Shown: positions 17,078-26,484, numbered from the stretch's first letter. The stretch is 64,000 nt of DNA from Patescibacteria group bacterium (GCA_038063615.1 JBBTUT010000002.1:48746-112745); one strand, 5' to 3'. Notes: generated by a model from the letters alone, not told the origin. Program-made: numbers and translations.

Positions 17078-17380
17078 CTAAGACTCGTCTAAAATAATGC
17101 GCTTGGCAAACCCACCGCGCTCGCACGCTTTCTTTTCCTGTTCAGCGCGAAGCGCTTCTTTTGAAAACCCTTTATATGCCATCACGGCATCCAAGACCTC
17201 GGCGATATCGGCAAGCTCTTCGATGTTTTCAGCCATTAAAAACTCCTCCACCTCCTCGCGTAGCTTTTCCTTGAGTTTCATCCCATATTCCGCCTCATCG
17301 GCAATATGAAAGACCGCCTTCTCTCCTTTCGCCTCGATTCGCTCAACGATCTTGTCCCGCACGAGTTTATTGTAGTGCAT
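17078..17380 (-). CDS. MazG-like all-alpha NTP pyrophosphohydrolase (HisE/YpjD-like, about 100 aa)
   Basis: MHYNKLVRDKIVERIEAKGE...ENIEELADIAEVLDAV is the typical MazG/NTP-PPase small-protein pattern. Confidence 0.6.
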   Translation of the reverse strand: MHYNKLVRDKIVERIEAKGEKAVFHIADEAEYGMKLKEKLREEVEEFLMAENIEELADIAEVLDAVMAYKGFSKEALRAEQEKKACERGGFAKRIILDES

Positions 17381-17381
17381 A

Positions 17382-18002
17382 TTATAAATTGCTTAATTTC
17401 CTCCCCACGATCTGTATCCACTTTATTCTACCAGATGGAGTGACGGTACTGGAAACGACTTCAAATCCGGCATCAGAAAAATATTGCTCCAACTCGCCCT
17501 GTGTAAAGTAGCTGAAAAATAATTCATACGGATAACCATAGTCATCCATATCTTTTATTTCCTCTTCTGACTTGTCGGCGCGCTGTTCTTTCACCGCCAC
17601 ATAGAGATATCCGCCTTCTTTTATTTTCTCTTTAAATTTCTTGATGAGTGGCACGATCTCTTTCTTCGGAATATGGAGAAGTACTGCCTGCGCAAATATG
17701 CCGTCAAATGTTTCGGGAAGCGTGTCTATATCGCGCGCATCAAGGGTAGCGAACCGCGCTTGCGGGACTTCCCTCTTCGCGATGCTTATCATATTCTCCG
17801 AAAGATCCGCGCCGACAACGGTCATTCCTTTTTCGATAAAATATTTTGACTTCACTCCCCCTCCGCACCCAACATCCAAAACAAGCGAACCTTTCGGAAG
17901 AAGCGAGCAAAAATGCTCGGTCCCCGATACCCACCAATCATCATCCTTGTGGGTCCGGTGCCAATCCTCGGCGATTTTATTGTAGGTGTCTTTGATATTC
18001 AA
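17382..18002 (-). CDS. Class I SAM-dependent methyltransferase
   Basis: VLDVGCGGGVKSKYF motif I and VVGADLSENMI motif II. Confidence 0.75.
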   Translation of the reverse strand: MNIKDTYNKIAEDWHRTHKDDDWWVSGTEHFCSLLPKGSLVLDVGCGGGVKSKYFIEKGMTVVGADLSENMISIAKREVPQARFATLDARDIDTLPETFDGIFAQAVLLHIPKKEIVPLIKKFKEKIKEGGYLYVAVKEQRADKSEEEIKDMDDYGYPYELFFSYFTQGELEQYFSDAGFEVVSSTVTPSGRIKWIQIVGRKLSNL

Positions 18003-18008
18003 AGTATT

Positions 18009-20468
18009 TTACGCCCCGTGGCACTTCTTGTATTTCTTGCCAGATCCGCATGGGCACAAATCGTTCCTGCCTGTCTTGTCGGAGTGAATGGGTTCTGTGG
18101 CGGATGCGGTGTCCTCTCCCTCGCCGACTTCCTTTGCCTGCGCCACGCGCACGCGTGCTTCGGCTTCTTCTTTTGCAAAGCTACCCTCGCCGATGGCGGG
18201 AAGCAAGCGCAAAATTTCATTCTGCACCGATTCTTTCATCTCGCGAAACATGCGCAGTCCGTCTTTTTTATATTCCACGAGCGGATCGCGCTGACCGTAG
18301 GCGCGCAAGTTTACGGATGATTTCAAGTACTCCATCGCATCCAAGTGCTCCATCCACATCATATCGATGACCTGAAGGATGAGGCGTTTCACCGCATGGT
18401 AGAACTCCGCTTCACCGAGCACGGCGATTTTTTCATCAATTTGTTTCGTGAGCTCCGGGTCGCCCGCAACGATCTCGGTGATATATACCTTTGCCCCACC
18501 GTCCCCCATCAAAACATCCCGACGAACTCCATACACGAACGCGCGCTGTTTGGTCATCACATCATCATAGGAGAGCACATGCTTGCGCGCGTCAAAATGG
18601 AACCCTTCGATTTTTTCCTGAGCGGTCTCGAGGGAGCGCGAGATGAGCTTGTTTTGGATTGCTTCATCCTCGGGGATGCCGAGCCGTCCCATCATCTTTT
18701 TTACAATATCCGAAGCAAAGACGCGCATCAAGCTGTCTTCCATTGAAACGAAAAACTGCGTCTCGCCCGGGTCCCCTTGGCGTCCCGCGCGACCGCGGAG
18801 CTGGTTGTCGATGCGGCGCGCCTCGTGGCGCTCGGTACCAAGCACAAAAAGTCCGCCCAGAGATTTGATCTCCTCATACGCTTCGGGAGTCGCGGGGATA
18901 CCGCCGAGCTTGATGTCCACGCCACGCCCCGCCATATTGGTCGCGATGACGACGCTCCCTTTGCGCCCCGCTTGCGCGATGATCTCGCCTTCTCGTTCGT
19001 GATTTTTCGCATTGAGCAATTCATGCGGTACTCCTTCTTGCCTGAGATACCCCGAGAGGAGCTCGTTCTTTTCGATAGAAACCGTGCCGATGAGCACCGG
19101 CTGTCCTTTTTCATTGAGCTCTTTCACTTTGCGCGCGATCGCTTGAAACTTCCCGCTCTCCGTCTGAAAGATGAGGTCCGAGCGATCGATGCGCGCGACG
19201 GTGCGATTGGTCGGGATGGGAGAAACTTCGAGACCGTAGACCTTGAAAAATTCTTCGCTCGATGTCTCGGCGGTGCCCGTCATCCCCGCGAGCTTGCCGT
19301 AGAGGCGGAAATAATTTTGAAATGTAATCGACGCAAAAGTGCGCGACTCTTGCTGTATCTTCACGCCCTCTTTCGCCTCGACGGCTTGGTGAAGACCCTC
19401 CGACCAACGACGGCCCGGCTGGAGACGCCCTGTGAATTCATCCACAATCATCACCTCGTCGTTTTGCACGACATACTCCTTGTCGCGACGAAAGAGCGCC
19501 TGAGCACGGACAGCCGTTTCCAAATGATGCACATACTTCACCCCGCGCTCGGTATAGATATTTTCAATACCCAAAAGCTCCTCGGCGCGCGTGATGCCTA
19601 GATCCGTGAGCTGAATCGCTTTCAGCTTTTCGTCAACCGTATAGTGCTCGCCCTCGCTGAGCTTGGATGCGATGCCCGCAAATACCGTATACAGATTTTC
19701 CGCATCGCCCGACGGCGCGGAAATGATGAGCGGGGTGCGCGCCTCGTCGATGAGAATGGAATCGATCTCGTCCACGATCGCATAGTGGTAGTCTCTTTGT
19801 GAAAGATCCTCCGGCGTGTACGCGATATTGTCGCGCAGATAATCAAAACCAAATTCGTTGTTCGTGCCGTAGGTAATGTCAGCACGGTATGCATCACGCT
19901 TCGAGCACGGACGCATAAACTCGTGGATGACTTTAAATGAGCCGAGCTCGTCTCGCGCGGTGTCGAGGTCTTGATGGTTCGGATCATAGAGGTACGAAGT
20001 AGCGTGGTTGAGGACGCCGACCGAGAGACCGAGGAATGAATAGATCTGCCCCATCCATGTCGCATCACGGCGAGAGAGGTAGTCATTCACGGTGACGATG
20101 TGCACGCCCTTGCCGACGAGCGCATTCAAATATGCGGGAAGCGTTGCGACGAGTGTCTTTCCTTCGCCCGTCATCATCTCGGCAATCTTGCCCTCATGGA
20201 GCGCGATGCCGCCCAAAAGCTGGACATCGTAGTGGCGCTGACCAAGCGTACGGCGCGATGCCTCGCGAACGGCCGCAAACGCCTCGGGGAGAATGTCTTC
20301 CAGAGTTGCTCCCGAAGCGAGTCGTGCGCGAAACTCCACCGTTTTCTCACGGAGCGCATCGTCCGAAAGCGCCTGAAATGCAGGCTCAAAACTATTGATT
20401 TTCTTTACCAATGGAGCATATGTTGAAGCCGCCCCACCCCCACTGAATAAGGTTTTCAGAAATGACAT
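18009..20468 (-). CDS. secA: Preprotein translocase ATPase SecA
   Basis: Full-length SecA with DEAD motor motifs and a C-terminal zinc finger CPCGSGKKYKKCHG. Confidence 0.95.
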   Translation of the reverse strand: MSFLKTLFSGGGAASTYAPLVKKINSFEPAFQALSDDALREKTVEFRARLASGATLEDILPEAFAAVREASRRTLGQRHYDVQLLGGIALHEGKIAEMMTGEGKTLVATLPAYLNALVGKGVHIVTVNDYLSRRDATWMGQIYSFLGLSVGVLNHATSYLYDPNHQDLDTARDELGSFKVIHEFMRPCSKRDAYRADITYGTNNEFGFDYLRDNIAYTPEDLSQRDYHYAIVDEIDSILIDEARTPLIISAPSGDAENLYTVFAGIASKLSEGEHYTVDEKLKAIQLTDLGITRAEELLGIENIYTERGVKYVHHLETAVRAQALFRRDKEYVVQNDEVMIVDEFTGRLQPGRRWSEGLHQAVEAKEGVKIQQESRTFASITFQNYFRLYGKLAGMTGTAETSSEEFFKVYGLEVSPIPTNRTVARIDRSDLIFQTESGKFQAIARKVKELNEKGQPVLIGTVSIEKNELLSGYLRQEGVPHELLNAKNHEREGEIIAQAGRKGSVVIATNMAGRGVDIKLGGIPATPEAYEEIKSLGGLFVLGTERHEARRIDNQLRGRAGRQGDPGETQFFVSMEDSLMRVFASDIVKKMMGRLGIPEDEAIQNKLISRSLETAQEKIEGFHFDARKHVLSYDDVMTKQRAFVYGVRRDVLMGDGGAKVYITEIVAGDPELTKQIDEKIAVLGEAEFYHAVKRLILQVIDMMWMEHLDAMEYLKSSVNLRAYGQRDPLVEYKKDGLRMFREMKESVQNEILRLLPAIGEGSFAKEEAEARVRVAQAKEVGEGEDTASATEPIHSDKTGRNDLCPCGSGKKYKKCHGA

Positions 20469-20541
20469 TGGGCCAGTTTAGCACAAAAAACGACCTCCGC
20501 CGAATTTTACGAAGGACCGCCCTTCGTAAAATTACAAAAAC

Positions 20542-20569
20542 AAAAACCCCGCCGAAGCGGGGTTTTTGT
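20542..20569. terminator. Rho-independent terminator-like hairpin (ccccgc cgaa gcgggg + T-run, A-run upstream; bidirectional) inside a 1 kb non-coding region
   Basis: Read from the sequence. Preceded by a second hairpin at 20505-20531 (ttttacgaagg...ccttcgtaaaa). Confidence 0.5.
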
Positions 20570-20595
20570 TTGAGCGAAATATTATTTACGCTTTG

Positions 20596-20662
20596 TAGTC
20601 TTCTTTGCTTTCTTTGCTACTTTCTTTGCCTTCTTTGCTACTTTCTTTGCTTTCTTTTTTGC
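20596..20662. repeat. Short tandem repeat of 9-12 nt units (ttctttgct / actttctttgct), about 6 units
   Basis: tcttctttgct ttctttgct actttctttgcc ttctttgct actttctttgct ttctttttt. Confidence 0.7.
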
Positions 20663-21114
20663 TGCCATTTTTTTATGTGCTATTCGCTGATGCAGTGATG
20701 CATCCTCGAACATGTATGCAAATTATTTTATCTACAACAATTACTCGACCCGATCGTGTATGAGTAAATCTCATCATCAATCGCGTACAATTATTGGATC
20801 ATGTCTTGTGTGAAAATTCTCTCACACGGTGTACTGTGATCTACTACTATTATCGCGCATACAAAAATCAAACACAATACTTTTTAAAAATAAAACTGTG
20901 GATAACTTTTTTTCTTTGTCGTGAAGAAAATTTTTTTGAAACAAAAAAAATTTTACATCTGCTCCACGAAATTTTAATTTCATAAATTTAATTTCGCATT
21001 CCATTTTCCAATTTCAAATTTAAACTTCCCTTTCACTGCACACGCATCCGGACCTATGGGCCCGAATGCGTGTGCAGTGAAAAAATTTCAAAACATACCA
21101 GACAAAAATTAAAT

Positions 21115-21154
21115 CTTCCGCCTTCTATGTCCTATAGGACATAGAAGGCGGAAG
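21115..21154. repeat. Perfect 18 bp stem with a 4 nt loop (cttccgccttctatgtcc tata ggacatagaaggcggaag). An imperfect 14 bp hairpin lies just upstream at 21034-21079.
   Basis: Read from the sequence. Confidence 0.7.
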
Positions 21155-21172
21155 AACTTGGAAATTAAAAAA

Positions 21173-21196
21173 ATCCGCCAAATTGGCGGATTTTTT
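21173..21196. terminator. Bidirectional rho-independent terminator (atccgcc aaatt ggcggat with flanking A and T runs)
   Basis: Read from the sequence. Confidence 0.6.
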
Positions 21197-21380
21197 ACTC
21201 CTGTACTCTTAAGGCCAGCGGGGGCGAGCTCCAAAACAAATGTCTATGAGTGCAGCCGCTAGCCATAGGAACACACGATACTATTTAATACGATGAGCGT
21301 AGAGTACCGGGCAGTGTCTAGCCGACGCGAAACTCACCATTCACCATATGTTCTGTATTATAAACAATTTATACAAAAAC
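21197..21380. ncRNA. Candidate small structured RNA, about 185 nt, GC-rich relative to its surroundings and bracketed by terminators. Identity unknown.
   Basis: No ORF. The segment lies between the terminators at 21173-21196 and 21381-21408 and has GC-rich stems (ggccagcgggggcgagctcc ... ccgggcagtg). Confidence 0.2.
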
Positions 21381-21408
21381 AAAAAGCCCCGCTTTCGCGG
21401 GGCTTTTT
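21381..21408. terminator. Bidirectional rho-independent terminator (gccccgc tttc gcggggc + TTTTT, A-run upstream)
   Basis: Read from the sequence. Confidence 0.65.
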
Positions 21409-21491
21409 GTAGACATTCGTTTGTTTTGGAAGTACCTAGAGGTTTCCCTCACTGCACTCATGTAACCAATATAGCAAATTCACAGGAAAAG

Positions 21492-22133
21492 TCAAGCTCC
21501 AATCAATTTTACCTGTTTCGTAACCTCGCGCACAACACCTTTAATGATGCCTGAAACATCCTTATTTCTAAAATCTTCGGCTATTTCCAAAGGTACTTTT
21601 TGTATCGAGTCTACTGCGGACAAAGCAACGACCCAGCTCATGATATCTTGTTCCGGATAAACATCTTGCCACCACGATATCCACGAACGCACATCCGTTT
21701 CTTTCGCAATGCACGCAAGATCGAAATAATCTTTATACTCTTCCCTCCCGCATATCGCGACAAGCTTCATTACCGTTATGTCTTTGATGCTTGCAAGCCG
21801 AAAAAAATCCGTAGAATTTACCGGCTCCAAAAGCGTATTGAACCGAGAGATGAATGATATTTTCACGCCGTCGATAACACACCACAAGGTATCCTTAGTT
21901 TCAAAAAGAATCTCTACTGTGGTTTTTTGGAAAATATCAACAAGACTCTTTTTTAAAGCAAGCGTGTCTATCGGCTTCGCGATAAAATAATCGAGGTCCA
22001 CGCTTTTTCGATGCCCGACATAAAGCGCGAGCGCTGTTCCTCCGGCAAGATAATACTCTGGATCAATATTTTCAAAAACAAGGCGCGCAACAGTACACAT
22101 GGTGTCGGTAATTGTTTCTTGGTGAAGTGTCAT
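21492..22133 (-). CDS. AbiEii/AbiGii-family nucleotidyltransferase toxin (type IV TA / abortive infection)
   Basis: YLAGGTALALYVGHRKSVDLDYF matches the AbiEii nucleotidyltransferase motif (GG.A...R.S.D.D). Confidence 0.6.
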   Translation of the reverse strand: MTLHQETITDTMCTVARLVFENIDPEYYLAGGTALALYVGHRKSVDLDYFIAKPIDTLALKKSLVDIFQKTTVEILFETKDTLWCVIDGVKISFISRFNTLLEPVNSTDFFRLASIKDITVMKLVAICGREEYKDYFDLACIAKETDVRSWISWWQDVYPEQDIMSWVVALSAVDSIQKVPLEIAEDFRNKDVSGIIKGVVREVTKQVKLIGA

Positions 22134-22363
22134 GACAAAAGAAAATTTTTGAGATAGTGATATTTCCGTGCTGGGATACTCGTCGGCTTCATTGTTTCAA
22201 ACACTTGCGTCACTTTGGCATTCCCATATTCTCGTATCGCTTTCACAAGCAAAATGAGTCCACCGTACGAGAGAATCCTCTGTATTACAAAATCCGTGGA
22301 GAGCGTGTCAATGCTTTCCACACTGATGTCCCACAAGACTTTTTGGAGATCTTGCTTGTTCAT
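22130..22363 (-). CDS. Small 77 aa partner protein, translationally coupled to the AbiEii toxin. Putative cognate antitoxin (AbiEi-like fragment).
   Basis: Its stop overlaps the toxin start by 4 nt. There is no confident domain call. Confidence 0.3.
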   Translation of the reverse strand: MNKQDLQKVLWDISVESIDTLSTDFVIQRILSYGGLILLVKAIREYGNAKVTQVFETMKPTSIPARKYHYLKNFLLS

Positions 22364-22399
22364 AGATGTTTTTATTGTACCATATTTTCTGGATTTATC

Positions 22400-24424
22400 C
22401 TAGAGTTTTATTCCCGATATCGGATAAGCTTTCAATACCTTTTCCGCTTCGGCGCGCTTGCCGTTTGCCATCAAGATTTGTAAATAATATTTTTCAGCAA
22501 CCTCAAACTCCGGTGCAAGCTCGAATGCGCGTTTGAACAACTCCTCTGTTTTCGCCGTGTCTTTCTTGCGGTAATAAGCGCTTCCCAATTCAAAAAGCAT
22601 GGTTTGTTTTGCCGGAGAGAGTTCAACAGCCCTCGTGAGATACGGCAATGCTTTGTCCATCTCCCCCATCTTCGCGAAGTATGATCCCGCAAAAAGCTGG
22701 TAGCGCGCATCGCTGGGAAGCTCTTTCACCTGTTTCTCAAGCTCCTCTCCAGCGAGAACAATATACTGTTTCTGCAAATCCGATATTCCTTTTGTTTGGT
22801 CAAAGGCGGTCGTTGAGAACGATGCAAGCTGTTCGCGTGCTTCAGCCGTTCCAAATGAATCGTATGCAATGGTGTCCTTGAAGAGCTTGAGGTTATTCAA
22901 TGGGTCCGCAGATCGCTCCGTCAGCGCGCGAATGAGCGTCGTGTTTTGCTTGAAACCATTGTAATTCACGGTGTAGATGAGTACGAGCGCGAGGATGAAA
23001 GCCCCGCCTGAAACAAAGATAGTCAGGTCTTCCTCTTCCGTCACTTTCTTCTTACTTTCCACTTTCGACTTCGAATCAGCTGATTTCGTGGCTCGGCCAT
23101 AAACACTTTCCATTTGTGGGTGGCTCATACTTTCAACGAATGCAAGAATCGTTCCAAAATAAATGAGCGACGAAATACTGTCGAACACAAAAAGATTTTG
23201 AAAAAAGTATCCGCCGAGGAGACCCGTGAGCACACTTTTTTCAACGACCGAAAGCTCGTCCGCGCGACGCCAGATGCAATACACCGCGCATCCAAAAAGT
23301 GAAATATACCCGAGAGCACCGAGAATACCGCCCGCGATAAGCCAGTCAAAAAACACATTGTGTGCGCGATCGAACCACTGCTCCTGCCCCCACATATTCG
23401 GGTCATAGTATTTATTGAAAACGAAATTGAAATTCTCCATCCCCCAGCCGAGGATTGGGCGCTCCTTGAACCCTTCGTATGCCATACCCCAGACCATGAG
23501 GCGCGCTTTGCCTGTCCCCTCGCTTGGCGAAATAGCCGCAAGACGCGAGAGGATAGGACTCTGCTGTATGAACGATGCGTCGCGAAGCGCAATGAAACCG
23601 CCGACAAAAATAAACATCGCGAGTAAAATACCGATAGCCCCTCTTCGCACCGCTTTATTGTTTCTCTCAAAGATCGCGACGAGAAGCGTGATGAGTCCGA
23701 GTCCCGCAAAAAGCCCGAGCACCGCCCCGCGAGTCCCCGAATGGTAGAGCACGAACATTTGCAAAAGAATGATCGCGCCGTATATCGCCACACGCACTCT
23801 TTCTCCTGCTGTCGTAAAACTTTGGCGAACGAGAAAAAATCCCGCGAGAAAAATATTGAAGAGCGCGTAGGTGCTCATGTACTCGGCATTGCCGAGTGTG
23901 CCATTGATACGGATGCCGTCCTGCACAACTTTAAACACTCCCGCCCACTGCATGACGCCATAGAGCGCCATGATTACGCCGACGCCAAGGTGGAAGTTTA
24001 AATACGGGCGCCACATGTCGCGCGCCGTAAGTACGGTAGACGCGACGACAAAATATGCGAAAAGATGAAAGTAGGTCACCACGCCCTCCATGCGCTCAAA
24101 GTTGGACCAAAAACTTTTTGTAGGATTTTCGCCAAAAATAGCAGAAAGTGTGATGATACCGAGAAATGCTACAAACGCACCGAGGAGCCAGCCGAACCAG
24201 CTGGTTCGTGTCTTGGATATAAACTTTAATCGATATGCGGGGTCGATGAAAGCGAGAACGAGCCATGCAGAAAACATTATCTCAACGACAATCCGAAACG
24301 CGAAATTCTTCCCCACAATAAACGGGAAAAAAGTAGTTTGCGAAAGAATGACGAACGGGATAAACGGCACCGCCACAAACCCCGCCAAAACCACCGCATT
24401 CGCCAAAATTTTGTGTATGTTCAT
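22400..24424 (-). CDS. O-antigen ligase / Wzy_C-family polymerase-like membrane protein with C-terminal TPR repeats. Start set at MNIHKIL.
   Basis: About 12 TM segments with the YHSGTRGAVLGL Wzy_C/WaaL motif. The C-terminal 230 aa have TPR-like periodicity (AYYRKKDTAKTEELFKRAFELAP). Confidence 0.7.
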   Translation of the reverse strand: MNIHKILANAVVLAGFVAVPFIPFVILSQTTFFPFIVGKNFAFRIVVEIMFSAWLVLAFIDPAYRLKFISKTRTSWFGWLLGAFVAFLGIITLSAIFGENPTKSFWSNFERMEGVVTYFHLFAYFVVASTVLTARDMWRPYLNFHLGVGVIMALYGVMQWAGVFKVVQDGIRINGTLGNAEYMSTYALFNIFLAGFFLVRQSFTTAGERVRVAIYGAIILLQMFVLYHSGTRGAVLGLFAGLGLITLLVAIFERNNKAVRRGAIGILLAMFIFVGGFIALRDASFIQQSPILSRLAAISPSEGTGKARLMVWGMAYEGFKERPILGWGMENFNFVFNKYYDPNMWGQEQWFDRAHNVFFDWLIAGGILGALGYISLFGCAVYCIWRRADELSVVEKSVLTGLLGGYFFQNLFVFDSISSLIYFGTILAFVESMSHPQMESVYGRATKSADSKSKVESKKKVTEEEDLTIFVSGGAFILALVLIYTVNYNGFKQNTTLIRALTERSADPLNNLKLFKDTIAYDSFGTAEAREQLASFSTTAFDQTKGISDLQKQYIVLAGEELEKQVKELPSDARYQLFAGSYFAKMGEMDKALPYLTRAVELSPAKQTMLFELGSAYYRKKDTAKTEELFKRAFELAPEFEVAEKYYLQILMANGKRAEAEKVLKAYPISGIKL

Positions 24425-24531
24425 AGTTTCCCTATCGTACCATAAATTTACGAAAATCGAGAGCGAATTTTGTCCGTATGTTCGCAAAAAAACTCAGTCG
24501 TAATTACTTCTATTTTTGCTTCTTTATACTG

Positions 24532-24807
24532 TTAAACCCCGCCAATCTCTTTCAATAATTCCAATGTTGTTTTAACAGACGGATTTTCTGTGTTTAAAAA
24601 TACCACTCGATCCTTAAATTTTTTAGCTATAGGACCCAGGAACTCCGCTCCCCACGATGGAGAAAAAGCGACAACTCCGTCAAAATCGATCATGACAGGT
24701 TCGTCTTTTTTTATTTCGTTCAACAATGGGGAAAAAGCGAGAGAGGCCTCTCTTCCTGCTGGGCGGGACATTAGTATTGTTCCAAATTTTTTTAAATAAA
24801 TTTTCAT
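24532..24807 (-). CDS. STAS-like DUF4325-family protein (putative anti-anti-sigma-type partner)
   Basis: 91 aa with GTILMSRPAGRE...IDFDGVVAFSPSWGAEFLG, the DUF4325/STAS-like pattern. Sits immediately downstream of a GHKL-ATPase protein. Confidence 0.45.
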   Translation of the reverse strand: MKIYLKKFGTILMSRPAGREASLAFSPLLNEIKKDEPVMIDFDGVVAFSPSWGAEFLGPIAKKFKDRVVFLNTENPSVKTTLELLKEIGGV

Positions 24808-24811
24808 ATAT

Positions 24812-25531
24812 TTAGAATGTTATATATGCAAGACACCCGCGAATAATATTTTTAGTTGCCTTCATGTTCAGAATACCATCATCCTTATGAAGGAGCACTT
24901 CCGTATTGCCAGACTGAAACACAAGTCCTATAGGATTTTCAGTAATAACCTTCTTCACAAACTTTAGACCGTTCCCCCTCTCTTCTGGAGCACGACCTGA
25001 CAAAATTTCCATAAAAGCCACAGAGAGTGCCGCCTCATCAGTATTCAAACTTGGTCTCACTCGCTTTAAACTTGCGAGCACCCCGATACCGCGATCCGCC
25101 AACACTATCTGTCGTCTTGAAATATCGTATCCGAAAAATATACCTGGGACATCCGGCCAATTTCCAATATTGTGGTCAAAAGAATTATTTCCTATTTCTC
25201 CAGTAACTGCAAGTACAAGGGAAGAGATATGAGCAAGGGCAGGCACCGTTGCAATTTCGTCGTACATTCTTTTGATCCGCGCCTGAAAAACACCGCTGTT
25301 TTGACAATAAAACATTTCTGGTATTTCTGTCTCGTTCACACACCAATCCTTTGCCAAAACGAAGATATCCTTCAAGTAAATCCCCACTTTTGCTTTTGAA
25401 TACAATCGATGTCCACCTTCCGATTTTTCAGCATGAAAACGACCGGATTTATCCCAGCGACGGAGAGTATCAATGGAAACACCTAGTATTTCTGCCGCTT
25501 CCCCAATAGAGATAAGGTCTTTCTCGTTCAT
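24812..25531 (-). CDS. Fusion of a MerR-type HTH (N-terminal) and a GHKL/HATPase_c (RsbW-like serine-kinase-type) ATPase domain. Start set at MNEKDLISIG.
   Basis: ISIGEAAEILGVSIDTLRRWDKSGRF...HRLYS is a canonical MerR HTH. The C-terminal part has an N-box EIGNNSFDHN, G1 LADRGIG and G2 GNGL. Confidence 0.55.
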   Translation of the reverse strand: MNEKDLISIGEAAEILGVSIDTLRRWDKSGRFHAEKSEGGHRLYSKAKVGIYLKDIFVLAKDWCVNETEIPEMFYCQNSGVFQARIKRMYDEIATVPALAHISSLVLAVTGEIGNNSFDHNIGNWPDVPGIFFGYDISRRQIVLADRGIGVLASLKRVRPSLNTDEAALSVAFMEILSGRAPEERGNGLKFVKKVITENPIGLVFQSGNTEVLLHKDDGILNMKATKNIIRGCLAYITF

Positions 25532-25557
25532 CCCTAACATGATAACATAACAAAAAA

Positions 25558-25629
25558 ATCTATGCAAGAATTCAAAAATCTATGCACTCATCGAGCAGTC
25601 ATGCATAGATATTTGGCAAAATCTATGCA
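25558..25629. promoter_or_regulatory. Cluster of ATCTATGCA repeats (three direct, one inverted forming ATCTATGCA-N15-TGCATAGAT) immediately upstream of the MerR-GHKL gene. Candidate operator.
   Basis: Sites at 25558, 25578 and 25621, and an inverted copy at 25602. Confidence 0.4.
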
Positions 25630-25743
25630 TGACTATTTTAATAACTGTTCCAGCATACCCCATTGTTGCCAAAATATAACATTTTGACCTCAACGGGATT
25701 CATGGTGCCACTATCGTAACATAATTGCAGAAAACGAGAAATC

Positions 25744-26418
25744 CTATTTGTTGTATTTTTTTAGTAACCATGAGCTTGACTGCACTTTCCCACCACCAAC
25801 ATTAAAAACCATCTCCACGCCAAGTTCTTTACAGATCTTTGCCTCAGGAATATCCGCCTCCGCCTTGCGGTCGCCACCATTCGCAAATACCTGTGGTCTG
25901 ATTTTCTCAATTGCTTCTCCAACATCTTCGCGCTCAGTCTCAAGAATAAACACATCATCAACACAACTAAATCCTCGAATAATCCCCGCGCGTTCTTCTT
26001 GATTCATAAAGTTTTTCCCTTTCTTGCGGATGAGCCAGTTATCGCAATTTAACACTACGACCAATCTGTCACCAAGCTTCTTTGCCTCTTCAAACATTTG
26101 CAAATGGCCGATATGAACAGGATCAAACCCTCCACTTACAATTACTACGCGCTTTGCAGTTTCACGCCCATAATCATCTTCGTAGCGAATAATATCATCT
26201 TCTTGCGGATTACCATAAACAAACTCGAAATATGCGCCGGGCAATAATCTATGTTTCTGCATCGGTTCTACTTTATAAAAACCAAAATGCCACTCGGTGC
26301 GTTGGCTATGCGACTGCAAGCTTGTGCGACCCCGCACAAGGATAAATTTAAGCCAAGTATGCTTGGTGTTAAAAAGTTTCCACATCGTCCCCCAAGGTCG
26401 TACGATTTTCATGCCCAA
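25744..26418 (-). CDS. Cytidylyl/adenylyltransferase (RfaE domain II / TagD-like) with an N-terminal cupin-like extension
   Basis: VVIVSGGFDPVHIGHLQMFEEAKKLGDRLVVVLNCD is the (H/T)xGH nucleotidyltransferase motif. Confidence 0.5.
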   Translation of the reverse strand: MGMKIVRPWGTMWKLFNTKHTWLKFILVRGRTSLQSHSQRTEWHFGFYKVEPMQKHRLLPGAYFEFVYGNPQEDDIIRYEDDYGRETAKRVVIVSGGFDPVHIGHLQMFEEAKKLGDRLVVVLNCDNWLIRKKGKNFMNQEERAGIIRGFSCVDDVFILETEREDVGEAIEKIRPQVFANGGDRKAEADIPEAKICKELGVEMVFNVGGGKVQSSSWLLKKYNK

Positions 26419-26484
26419 TACTATAACATAAAAAAATGCGCAAAACTATCAAAATAAGCAAAAATATTGTAGTATATTCAATAT

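Noticed and set aside
18777-19601. 274 aa plus-strand ORF inside secA
   Set aside because: Antisense to SecA, which has continuous strong similarity. Arg-rich composition typical of a GC-rich antisense frame.
20596-20662. Tandem repeat considered as a possible CRISPR array
   Set aside because: Units are only 9-12 nt and contiguous with no unique spacers. There are no cas genes nearby. It is a microsatellite-like repeat.
21197-21380. Candidate RNA tested by eye for tmRNA, RNase P RNA, SRP RNA
   Set aside because: No tag-reading frame ending in a hydrophobic ...AA* sequence, no GGAAAGTCCGGGCTCC P4-type RNase P motif, and no GGAA...AGCAGCC SRP domain IV motif on either strand. Left as an unclassified candidate only.
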